A stretch of 64,000 nucleotides of DNA from Octopus sinensis (GCF_006345805.1 NC_043008.1:68882001-68946000), one strand, 5' to 3'. Counted from the first letter of the stretch, positions 25,562 through 37,350 are shown. Program-made: numbers and translations. Notes: generated from the sequence alone by a model not told the origin.

Positions 25562-25980
25562 AACGATCTTCTGGGTATAAATATTTTTCATTTCATTAAG
25601 GGCGAATTTCAGAACATTGAAGTCGGTCTATATAGAGACGGTGCATTATTTGCTTCACGAAATTGAAGTTAGCTACGACAAATGTAGAAAGAGATTCGTT
25701 AGGCTTTACAGAAATTTAAAATTCTTTGTTATACTTGGTAATTATTATAATTATTATAAAGTAGTCAAATTTCTTGACGTAACTTTAGAATTAAACACTG
25801 ATCTATATACCATAAACCTAATAAAATTTAAAATGTGGAAATCGATTTTCCAATCCCCTCAGAGCTGTCTAAGGCTATCGTTAGTAGTGTTTTCCCCGTA
25901 TCTCTAAGCTATCAACGATTGAAGATATTTTCAAGCAAAATGCCTATTACTACCACAAGGCCCTAGCTGTAGCCGGTAAT
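25562..25980 (+). mobile_element. Decayed Penelope-like element RT/thumb, Naiad-type (YRDD class)
   Basis: DLLGINIFHFIKGEFQNIEVGLYRDGALFA (25625 GLYRD), VVKFLDVTLELN, YHKPN and RISKLSTIEDIFKQNAYYYHKALAVAG, across frameshifts and stops. Confidence 0.75.
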
Positions 25981-26433
25981 GTTGATAAGATTACTTACCT
26001 ATTTAAATAATGGAATTGAATTATTCCGTGTTAGTTGTGCAGTAACTTTCATGGAGATGTGCATGATGCTACTGTTAATAAAAAAAATAATAATAGTACT
26101 TTACAGACAAGAAAGTAAATTCTTGTCTGTAAAATGCCAAACACATTCGACGATTCCAAAGTTTGTTATTAAAAAATGTTGCATTCCAAAACTTATTATT
26201 TAGCGTTAAAATTGACGGTAATCGTTTTCATCGGCATTTATCTTAAGTGTATAAGGGTCACCCGGCATCTGAGGGGTACGGGTTCAAGTCCCTAGTCGAA
26301 TTCTGGCAACTTTTATTTTCTGTCTTATAAGAGTAAAATACCCAATCTTTCTGCTGTTTTCATGGTTATACTGCGCTCTAAATTTACTTTCTTTTCTGTG
26401 AAGTACAAAACACTCTCGACACTTCCAAATTTT

Positions 26434-26475
<42 letters not shown>

Positions 26476-26494
26476 TATTATTATTATTATTATC

Positions 26495-26760
26495 ATGAGG
26501 AGTGAAGAAGTTGGGAAGTACAAATAGTTAGAATTCGAAGAGAAAAGCATTCACAGAGCCTGAAAATAAGTGTGGTACCTATTGTGATCGGTGCATTTGG
26601 AACCATCTCAAAAAGAGCAATATTCTGGTATAAAACTTCTTAGGAAGTATTCAGATGGCAGCAATGCTTGAAACAGCTTATGTATTGAGGAAAGTGTTGC
26701 GTCTCTAAGTTGCGGGGTGGAACTGAGACGTGAGATAAACATAGATAAATCAGTCAAGTG
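26495..26760 (+). mobile_element. 3' end of an RLE-type (R4/Dong-like) non-LTR retrotransposon embedded in (TAA)n
   Basis: EEVGKYK*LE...LKISVVPIVIGAFGTISK...IQMAAMLETAYVLRKVL. There is (TAA)n/(TTA)n upstream and TAA repeats downstream. Confidence 0.75.
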
Positions 26761-27006
26761 AATAATGATAATAATAATGTTGTAAGAAGAAATCAAGGGG
26801 AACAGCTGATCTACTATATATGTGTATATATGTATATATATATAAATAGGTATTAAATGAGGTAGGAGTATGGAAGAAGAATTTAGCTGTTGGATGGATA
26901 AGTTATAGGAAAACTTGCGACGTCATATGCCATTGGCTCTTCGAGTGTTTGAAGATGCTTGTATATGTTATTATTATTGTTAATATTATTATTATTATTA
27001 TTATTA

Positions 27007-27083
<77 letters not shown>

Positions 27084-27189
27084 GACAAGAAGAAGAGCGC
27101 GATGCGATTGCAATAAATATTTTATTGGTTGAACGATATTTCAGCAGCAAGCCTGTCTTTGTCGAATTCGAAATGAAAAGTGATAAAAA

Positions 27190-28431
27190 TTCAAAATTAT
27201 AGATATTCAAATCTAAAATATGAACGAGAGATACCAGCGTCCACATGTTGAGGGAATGGCATCATCAGTCTTCAGTTTCAATTTTTCAACTGGTGAAGGA
27301 GAAAGGAAGAAAAAAAGAAAAAAAAAGAATATTTAATCAAACAGTTTTGTGCAGATTTGATGAAATTCTCCTGTCATTTTATTCATTCATCCAGGGCATG
27401 ATGTTAGTAACCCGCAAATATATTTCTCCTCATGCATTTTGAGTATTGAAAGTGTAACAGAAACAGAATATTTTCTGACAATATGCACTTTCAAGTCTTT
27501 TTCAAAATTGCAGCCGTTTGAATCAAAATGTTCGACAAATTCTGTCGAATTACTGTTATTGTGCCTGACGTCATATCTGTACCCATTAAATTTTTTGTTT
27601 TATTGTTCTGTTGTACAACCAACATAAATCAAGTTGTGTTTTTTGCATTCTGCTGCGTGCACCAAATGGGAATCACTGCATGTCCATATAAATCATAACA
27701 TTACTGCTATGATTCTCGATGGAATTCACTTGACTCTTGTTGTTGCACAACGAATCTATCCTGTGGCTGTTTTTCAAGGTAGAGCGTGCAGAAATTCTAA
27801 TGTTAGCTTTCTTGGAGTCAGGAGGAGGTTAATATCTGTTAATTTAACCCACTCTCAAATATATAAATTGCCTCAAATATTCAGGGATCTTTTTCCTGAT
27901 TTTGGATAAATACTCTCCTTCACATAGTACGTGAAAATTTTCGATACATATACAATACAGTCAAACTGGTCTACTTTAACACGCTTAACCTACTGGAAAA
28001 ATATAGCAGCATTTAATAGAAAGAAAATAAATTGTGTCTCGAGTGACATTAATGTTATGGACTACCGTGGCATTAATCATATCACCAACCACCCGGATCA
28101 CTCTAAATCCCTCTCTAGCATCTCCGTCGATAAATTGAATTCTACTGGCAGCCGTAAAAACAGAGACATATCAATATCTGGCAGTCTTACTCACATAGAT
28201 GTCAACAAAGCATAGTGAAACTTAGAAATACGTAACAAAGTTCGTTCGCTGAGTGATCAGCACCATAGGTGGAACATTTTATATGATCTGTATTTACACT
28301 TGATAAAGTGCTATCTTTTTTCTTTCCTTTTTTCTCCTGTTGAAAAATTGAACTGATGATGTTATTCCATCAACATGTGGACGTTGGTTGCTCTCGTTCA
28401 TATTTTCGATTTGAATTTCTATAATTTTGAA
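27190..28431 (-). mobile_element. 5'-truncated Penelope-like element (GIY-YIG end) with inverted pseudo-LTR
   Basis: Minus strand 27700-27370 reads WTCSDSHLVHAAECKKHNLIYVGCTTEQ*NKKFNGYRYDV..EHFDSNGC..DLKVHIV..HEEKYICGLLTSCPG.MN. 27190-27330 is an inverted repeat of 28313-28431. Confidence 0.8.
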
Positions 28432-28815
28432 GGTGCTATCTCTATAGAGGTAAGCTATTCTAAATTTAAATCCCGCTGGAGTAACCATATGTAGGAAGAG
28501 AAACAAATTTAGTTGTAACTTCATTGAATAAAGTTTTCTGGAAGCTCACCGATAGATCAGTTATACGCACAACAGAGCGTCATAAAGGTAATTGGGGAAG
28601 ATGTGAGTAATGTATATCAGCAACTCAGAAAGCATTTGATGTAAGTGGAACGTAATTAATCAAAGCGACGTACTGATTATTCAATGCTGACACTTTTTCA
28701 TATTCCTATTAATTAACCCCTTGTAAGTACTAAACCGGTTATGTATTTGAAGTTAGTACGTGTATGTATATATATATATATATAATATATATATATATAT
28801 ATTATATATATATAT

Positions 28816-28850
<35 letters not shown>

Positions 28851-29062
28851 CTGTGTGTATTTATAAAAATTTACATAAATACATACATGTTTATGGACGT
28901 ACAGACATACATATATATATATATATATTATATATATATATATATGTATGTGTGTGTCTATGTCTAACGCAAATACAAGCTTAACGCTTTGACAGATATA
29001 GGATTTGCCTTCACATTTCGGATATTAGTTCTTCATTAGAAGAAAGAGAGAACCAGAGAAAA

Positions 29063-29095
<33 letters not shown>

Positions 29096-29541
29096 AAGGG
29101 AGTAGAAAAAGAGGGAAGAGTTAGAAACTAGGTGGAAGTGATGTTCTATGGAGTAGTTAAGAAGGGAGAAAAAATAGGGGATGTCGATGCAAGTATAGTT
29201 TATCTGTGTCCCGAATGGACATAAAGAGGACGTGTGTGTGTTTTACAGTGTTATATGAATGCATGTGTAAAGAGGATTGTTGGTGTGTGTGCTGTAGGCA
29301 TATCTGCTAACGATGAAAAAAAATATTGGTGAAGTACATGGGGGTGACAGAATCAATGTGAAAGGTGTGAATGCTGGTGTAGACAAAATTACGCAGGAGT
29401 GTGGAAAATAATTTCAACGGAGTGGTGGGTGTTTAAAACAAAATATGTATGTGACAGAGAAAATATTGTATAAATTCAGTGGAGAGAGAAGTCAAAGAAA
29501 TTGTGAAAAAAAATACACAGCACTATATATGCACCTGTGTG

Positions 29542-29653
<112 letters not shown>

Positions 29654-29699
29654 TATATATATACGACACTCATGCGCACACACTTATACACACAACTCA

Positions 29700-29810
29700 T
29701 ACATAAATGGCAATTTCTGTGTGTCCATCTTTCTGTTGCCATCTTGCTGTCTACAGCAGTGAACCAATCTTGACGAAACTTTGCATACATGTTAAACAAA
29801 CATCCAGTTC
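29700..29810 (+). mobile_element. Possible non-autonomous Helitron/HINE-like 5' fragment
   Basis: TACATAAATGGCAATTTCTGTGTGTCC..AACCAATCTTGACGAAACTTTGCATACATG, a layout typical of these short repeats. No ends were defined. Confidence 0.3.
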
Positions 29811-30156
29811 AATTAAGGTTAATTGAATTTCAATAAAAGATCTCTAATGGGTCCATAAGTGCAGTTGGGCTATTATTTGATAAAATGTGAAGGGTGCAAA
29901 GAGTGCCTGTGTGAGGAAAATGTGGTGGCATATTCAATGTAGCTGATATAAGGGAAGGGGAGAACAGCATTGTGTGACACATATGGAATGGCAGTGGGAT
30001 CGCAAGATTAATACAGCTGCCATTCACTGATATACACGTGACGCTGCATACACACTTTCGTAATTGTTTATAATTTTCATCTTAAAAGGTATTTTGATAT
30101 GCTAATTTTTTTTTGAAAACTTTTGTCCATATATTAGAAGTATACACACACACATT

Positions 30157-30217
<61 letters not shown>

Positions 30218-30218
<1 letters not shown>

Positions 30219-32278
30219 CTTTGTGCGCCGTGTCCGGTTGGGTGCGCATTACCACGACTCGCCACCCACACCCAACGAAGAGGACGACTGCTTCACTGGC
30301 CTGGGCCGCCGACCATCCCCGTGGACGCCTGCCCCTGGCCAGATCCTAGCAGTGGATCTTTTCGCGGGCGCTTGTCAGCGTGCATTGGAGCGGTTCAACT
30401 TCTCCAGGCGCCAACGCCGCCTCAACATCTCCCCGGCTGAGCTCTTGGCTCTTCGTTCCCTCCAACGGCGCGCTGACATTATCATCAAACCGGCTGACAA
30501 GGGTGGAGCTGTAGTGGTGTGGCGCGCGGACCTCTATAGGGCCGAGGCTTTCCGCCAACTCAATGACACCTCCTTCTATTCCCCTCTGCCCTCTAACCCC
30601 ACACGTAGCTACCAACAGACGGTATCCTCTACTGTCCAAGACCTCATCTCGTCCTCCCGTCTCCCCCGCACCGCATCCAACCTAATTGTGCGAACCCCGT
30701 ACCCCACCCACTTACTTCCTCCCCAAAATCCACAAACCCAACAACCCTGGCCGCCCCATCGTCTCCGCTGTAACTGTACTGCCCCACGGAGCTCATCTCT
30801 AAATACCTCGACCGTGTCCTTGCCCCCCTAGTGGCATCTCTTCCCTCCCACATCCACGATACCAACCATGCTCTCCGGCTTTTCAACTCTTTCTCTTTTC
30901 CTCCCGGCTCCTCCAAAATCCTTTTACTATGGACATCCAAGCCTCTATACTGTTATCCCTCACCACGAAGGACTGCAGGCCCTTCGACACTTTCTTGACC
31001 TCCGCTCTAACCCTGTACCTGACACCTCCACACTCATTCGTCTGGCCGAACTTGTCCTTATTCTGAACTGCTTCTCGTTCGCGGGCGAGTTCTACCATCA
31101 GGTCTCGGGAGTGGCCATGGGAACGCGAATGGGCCCCACTATGCGAACTGTTCGTTGGCTATGTTGAGGCCCAAATATTCTCTAATTTCACTGGTCCCAC
31201 TCCTGAACTATATGGTCGTTATATTGACGACATTATCGGTGCCACCTCACTCTCCCCTCGCGAACATCTAGATTCCTTCCTCTCTTTCGTCCAATCTTTC
31301 CATCCAGCCCTCCACTTCACTTCCACTATCTCCAAACCTCTGTCTCCTTCCTCGACATTTCGGTTAGCATTCTTCACTCCACTCTTACCACCTCCATTCA
31401 CTACAAACACACAGACTCACACTCATACCTCAACTTCTCTTCCTCCCCCCCAGAACACACCAAGCTTTCCATCCCCTATTCCCAATTCCTCCGTCTACGT
31501 AGGCTCTGTAGTGACGACCATGACTTTGAGACTCAGTCTCAACGTATGGCTCACCACTTCACCCTACGTGGATACCCCCTCACCACTATCCACACCGCCC
31601 TTGCCAGAGCACGGTCCGTGGACCGTGTATTTGCTCTCTCTCCCCGACCCGCCCTGTAGTCTCCCGCCTCCCTTTTCCCCTCACTTACCACCCCACGACC
31701 CTACGTCTCCAACGCACCATTCTTCGAGCTTTCCGTCATCTCCAGTCCGACCCGTCCACTTCACACCTCTTCCCTAACCGACCCCTCCCCTCTTTCAACG
31801 AGCCCACAACACCTCGAGACCTTTTGGTCCATAGCTCCTTCCCTGACCCTACCTCCAACCCGGCTCGTTCCCCTGCTCCCGCCCACGTTGCCGCACTTGC
31901 CCTTACCTCTCCAACACCACCCGCCTCACTAGCACCCCCCATCGACCCTATCCCATCATCCACTCCTTCACCTGCACCTCCAGCAATATTATCTATTGCA
32001 TCTCTTGCTCTCTCTGCAATTCCTTGTACATCGGACAAACGGGACGCCGCTTGGCTGACCGGTTCGCGGAACACCTTCGTGACATCCACCTTGCGAACGA
32101 CACACCGGTCTCACGCCATTTCCGCTCCACCGGTCACTCCTTGCAACACCTATCTGTGTTCGGTTTGTCCTTACACAGAGGCCATCCGGATTCCCGTTTG
32201 CGCCGTGAACAGGAATTAATCTTCTCTCTTCGCTCTTATACGCCATTTGGTCTCAACTCTCCCCCCCCTCTCATCTAA
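30218..32278 (+). pseudogene. PLE polyprotein: reverse transcriptase + Cys-rich linker + GIY-YIG endonuclease (frameshifted as assembled)
   Basis: FVRRVRL, IIKPADKGGAVVVW, LPKIHKPNNPGRPIVS, TMDI..LYTVIP, GVAMGTRMGP, YIDD (31220-31231), FLDI, YSQFLRLRRLCS, GSFPCSRPRCRTCP, IIYCISCSLCNSLYIGQTGRRLADRFAEH, EQELIFSL..FGLN. Confidence 0.92.
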
Positions 32279-33195
32279 CCTCCCCCCCCCTCACCTATCC
32301 TTTCTCCCCCCGACCCCTACTTCTTCAGTCCTTCATCCTTTCACCCCTACTCCTCTTCCCTTCTTCCTCTTTCTCCCTCCCTCTTCCCCTTCCCTCTGCT
32401 CCCTCACTCCCTCTCTCCCCTTCTCTCTCTCCTCCCTCCCTCTTTCCTCCTTCTCTTCTCTCCCTCACTCCCTCTATCCCCTTGTCTCTCCCCCTCTCTC
32501 CCTCTTTCCTCCTTCATCCCCCTCATCCCCTTCATTCTCCCCCATCCTCTCCTCTCCTCTTCCCCCCCTTCTCTCCCCCCTCTTCTTCCCCTACCCTTCT
32601 CTCCCCCCTCTTCTCCCCCTCCCCCCTTCTCCTCACTACACCACATGACTTTACACATCACATCACATATGATGTGCCATGCTAATACACACACCAACTA
32701 ATACATACTAATACGTACTAATACATACTAGTACATACTAATACTTACACCAACCCTATACATACACACGTCCAGACCCCGCATACGCACTTATACTCTC
32801 GCACACACACACACACACACCTATACATACCAATACGTACTAATACATACTAATACATACTAATACATACATCAACCCCATACATCAACCCCATACATAC
32901 GCACGTCCAGACCAATCTTACGCACTAATACTCTCTCATACACACACACACACACACAGCCTTATACATACTAATACATACACCAACCCTATACATACAC
33001 ACATCCAGACCCCTCCCACGCACTTTTAGCTGGTCCCTCAACCATTTTATCAACCCTATTATCTCCCCTTATTTCGCTCTCGCGTCTCATGTTTGATCTT
33101 TGACCTCTGGCCGAAATCAGATCGCCATTTGATTCGTTAGCTACTGCACGCATTTTTTTTCTCTCCTTCTTTCTGTGTTTTTCTCTCTCTGTGTA

Positions 33196-33233
33196 TCTTT
33201 CTGTTGAAGAGCGTAGGCTCGAAACGTTAAAGA
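33196..33233 (+). ncRNA. Minimal type I hammerhead motif (CUGUUGA core variant) in the PLE pseudo-LTR
   Basis: TCTTT-CTGTTGA-A-GAGC(gtag)GCTC-GAAA-CG-T-T-AAAGA. Stem I is 5 bp, stem II is 4 bp, and helix III is the palindrome ACGT. Confidence 0.65.
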
Positions 33234-33329
33234 CTTGTTTTATTTATTTTCCTGAGCGCCATACTAATACAATTGTTCGTTTGTTTTCCACCTGCCTTCG
33301 TCTTTTGTTTATTTTCATAAAGCTTCCCG

Positions 33330-33384
<55 letters not shown>

Positions 33385-33387
<3 letters not shown>

Positions 33388-34593
33388 GGGTTGGACAAAA
33401 TAATGGAAACACCTTAATATTTCAAACAAATATATTTTAATATGGGATAGGACCGCCTTTGGCAGTAATTACAGCTTGAATTCTACAAAGTATGGACTTG
33501 TACAAAGTTTGAATTGTTTAGAAAGGAATTTTTGTCCATACAGTCTCCAGTTCTTGTGGTGATAATGGTGAAATATATTGAATCCTTACTTGTTTTTCGA
33601 AAATGCACCATAAATGTTCAGTAATACTGAGATATGGTGACTGCGGTGGCCAGATAAGATGTTCAGCTTCACTAGAATGTTCCTCGTGTCATTCAGTAAC
33701 AACTTTAGCTGTGTGAATTGGCGCATTATCATTCTGAAGGATTGCGTTTTCCTCCGAAAACAGTTCCGCAACCATACGATGAATTTGATCAGATGAAATG
33801 CTTAAATAGGCTTGAATATTAATTCTGCCATGAAGGGAGACCATTGGACCAACGGATTTCCAAGATATAGCCAACCAGGTCATCACAGATCCTCCTCCAT
33901 GCTTAACAGTTGGAAGAAGGCAGTCTGGGTCAAATGCTTCATTTGGCCGGTGGTCGGAAATAAGGTAAAAGATGACTCGTCCGAGAAAATAACATTCTTC
34001 CACTGCTCTAAGGACCAATTCTGTAGGTTTTTACTCCACTCTAAACGCTTTGCAACGTTTGTTTTTGAAATTCGTGGCTTTCTGATTGCAGCCCTCCCGG
34101 AAAATCCGGCTTTGTGCAGCTCTAGGCGAACAGCTTTTGTGAAACTGGGTTCTCGAGGCAGTCATTAAGCTCTGCAGTAATTTTTGGAGCTGTACTTTTG
34201 TGATCTTTTCTAACAATTAGCATAAGAGTCCGACAGACCTATCTGAAAGTTTTGTTTCGACGAGGAGGTTTTCCCCTCTTTCTCAAAGGCTGTCATTACT
34301 TTTGAGACAGTACTTCTTGATACATCACACATTTCGGCTGTTTTCATTACGCAAATACCTGCCATACGAGCCCCAACAATTTGACCTCTTTGAAAGTCCG
34401 ATAGATCTGTCATTTTAATGAATTTTAATTACCTTTTTCTGATGATTCTGAAAAGAAACAGCAATTTTAGCAAAACCTATTAAGCAGCACTAATAATAAA
34501 TAAAAAAAACAAAGAATAAACCGATAAGATAAATAGATATTTCAAAATGATGATGCTATGATGCTAGGTGTTTCCATTATTTTGTCCAACCCT

Positions 34594-34595
<2 letters not shown>
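33385..34595 (-). mobile_element. Tc1-like transposon with both TIRs; decayed transposase with DD36E spacing
   Basis: TIRs CAGGGGTTGGACAAAATAATGGAAACACCT / AGGTGTTTCCATTATTTTGTCCAACCCTTG in (TA)n. Protein motifs: MTDLSDFQRGQIVGARMAG, VIFSDES, TVKHGGGSVM, QNDNAPIH...WPPQSPYLSITEHLW. Confidence 0.93.
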
Positions 34596-34636
<41 letters not shown>

Positions 34637-34668
34637 ATCTATCTATCTATATCTATATCTTCATATCT

Positions 34669-34730
34669 CTCTCGCGGTGCTCCAGCATGATCGCAGTCAA
34701 ATGACTGAAACAAGTAAAAGAGTAAAAGAG

Positions 34731-34780
<50 letters not shown>

Positions 34781-34887
34781 TACATATATACATTTGTATG
34801 TCAAGCGGTGATGGTGGGACAAGCACAGATGCCAAAATGCACGCGCGCGCGCACACACACACACCCACACACCCACACACACTCTCA

Positions 34888-34923
<36 letters not shown>

Positions 34924-35097
34924 TATACAAGACGGGTTTCTTTCAGTTTCCGTCTACCAAATCCACTCACAAGGCTAGCCTTTGGTCTGTCCGAGGCTAT
35001 AGTAGAAGACAATTGCCCAAGGTACCAATCAGTGGGATTGAACCCAAAGCCATGTGGCTGGAAATCCAGCGTCTTTCTACACAACCACGCCCGCGTC
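34669..35097 (-). mobile_element. SINE family B pieces: plus-strand tail (34669-34735) and minus-strand 5' half (34800-35097)
   Basis: GCGGTGCTCCAGCATGATCGCAGTCAAATGACTGAAAC and CTTTCAGTTTCCGTCTACCAAATCCACTCACAAGG. Confidence 0.8.
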
Positions 35098-35670
35098 TAT
35101 ACACATATATAAAGGTATCTTTTTATATACACATATAAATATGCATGTATACATTTATATAAATAAATATATACATATATATAAGAGAGAGGGCTAGAGA
35201 AGGAGAAAGAAAATGAGACGGAGAAAGACAGATAGTGAGATAGAGAGATAGATAGATATATAGAGAGAGAGACGGAGAAAGAGAGAGAGAGAGTGAGGGA
35301 GAGAGACAGAGAGATGCAATACAGCTGAAAGTTGTTTAGAGGCTCCTTGTGAGTGAAAGCTAAAACAGAGGTATAAATGAAGGGAATGGAGGCAAGATTC
35401 GGCGGCCCGAAATAGCGAGACGATGGAGATATTATTGGTGCCATGGTGGTGGTGGTGGTGTTGGTGACTGATCTGTGTTTTGATCGACATTTGAAGTTGG
35501 CGGTTGTTATTCTTGGTGGATGATGGTGTGTGTTGGTGGCAGCGATGGTGATGAGAAACGGCATAAAGATAGAAACAAGATTTTTGAGGAAAGCAGAGTT
35601 GTTGGGAATGGTTAATGAGATTAAGCGGAAAACAAATGTACGAATGAGAATCAGTGAAATAGAGACACAT

Positions 35671-35719
<49 letters not shown>

Positions 35720-37350
35720 AGACAGTGGAGGATACAGTGGACAAAAGATGAAAGGAAAAGAGAAAAAAGAAAGGAAGAAAGAAGTAATGGAAAACGAAGG
35801 AAAGAAAAAAACGAAGAAAGATATAAAGGGCAAAAAGAGAGAAAGGAAATATAGAATGAAAAAAACGGAAGACCAAAGGAAAGAACGAAGACTAAAGATG
35901 AATAGATAGATAGGAAAAGTGAAGGAGAGAGAAAGGAAGGGAAATAGTAAATGGAGGGTAGGGTGAAGGAGATATCAAGAAAGAAAAGATGAAAACAGAA
36001 CGAAAAAAAATGAAAAGAAGAAAGGATAAAAGTAATATTAGTTGGAGAGAGAGAGACAAAGAGGCAGATACGACTAAAGCTAATTCCGTAAGAAATAATG
36101 ATGTTGGTTGTAAGACGTAAAAATATTCCCCAAATTGGTGAGACTGGAGTGGACAGAATAAAGTGGCCTCCCAACGATATAAAAACGTAAGAATCACATT
36201 GAGGGAAGTCATTAAGAAACTATAGAATATCTAATGTGATCATACTAAGTGATTTTTGGTTATAAAACCAATATTATTGGTCGGTTAAATAGATTGAGTT
36301 TTATATCTAAAACACATCATGTTTCATGAAAACATTCCACACTGACCCACGGGGTTGTTAAAAATAGGACCACTCAGTCCAGTTTTGCTTGTGCATTTTT
36401 TGTTTTTGTTTCTTTTTTTTGTTTTGATTTTTGTAGTGTTTTGGTGGAAGGACAGTTGAGAAAGTGCGCTAAAATGGCGGCACTTTATCTAGATTAGACG
36501 CTCTTGGAATGAAGCAACGAATGGCTGGACAGTATTTTCCTTTATATGTCTAGCTTCATCATCATCTTCATCGTCGTCATCGTCATCCTCATCACCGTTG
36601 TTGTCGTCGTCGTCATCGATATCATCATCATTATTATCATTATCATCGTCGTCGTCGTCGTGGTCGTCGTTGTCATCACACTCATCACTAACATTCACTT
36701 TGTATACTTTACCAGCACTACTGCCGCCACCACCACCACCAGCAGCATCACCATTACCACCGCCACCGCAACAAAATCAACAACAACAACAAAAATGACG
36801 AGTCCACCCCTTCCAGCATCGTCATTAATATTTCTATCACAAGCCAATGAGGGAATCTCCATCTGCTCGCTCCATCGACTAGATATAGCAACCAAACTTC
36901 CTTCAGAAAACTTGATCAAAGCTAATATATATGTATGCGTGTGCACACACACACACACATGCACACATACATATATGCGTGTGTGACTGTGTGTATATCT
37001 ATATGTATATATACACACAAACACACCCATACATATATGAATATATATGTACATGTAAGTGTGTATCTCAAGTCACCAAAGCTAATAACCGTTCCTGTCG
37101 ATAAAGCATCAGTGGGATACCCAGCCTGGTTTTTCCATCGTTCACTTCACCACGTGACAACCCCAGTCTCTAGCCCCAAACCTCAATATTTACGTTCTTA
37201 TTATTATTTACTTTCTTCCTTGTACTCAATCGCTGAGATGCTGTTTCGAAACCGATTCAAGTACACCATACAGGCCAAGAAGGTCCTCACATATTTATTT
37301 GTCCAAAATCTAAACACGATTTTGCTGCAACAAATGGATACAACATCTAC

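Larger units (their letters stand above)
30218..33330 (+). mobile_element. Penelope-like retroelement (Neptune-type), 5'-truncated, with 3' UTR/pseudo-LTR
   Basis: GC/C-rich block between two (TA)n tracts. RT + GIY-YIG coding to 32278, polypyrimidine tract 32280-32640, tandem units 32690-33030, hammerhead at 33196. Confidence 0.93.

Noticed and set aside
27634-28010. Plus-strand frames resembling leucine-rich repeats / a GRL101-like LRR-GPCR (LISVNLTHSQIYKLPQIFRDLFP, FLILD.NTLLHI)
   Set aside because: Its 5' part is directly antisense to a much better GIY-YIG match on the minus strand, and the whole segment lies inside the PLE bounded by inverted pLTRs. AT-rich DNA readily mimics LRR spacing.
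35097-36212. Long minus-strand F/S/L-rich ORFs (259, 326 and 106 aa)
   Set aside because: They are translations of a purine-rich (GA/AAAG) low-complexity tract with no domain motifs.
36438-36500. Strong polypyrimidine acceptor followed by AAAATGGCGGC (Kozak/YY1-like)
   Set aside because: All frames close within about 20 codons, and there is no donor or promoter context.
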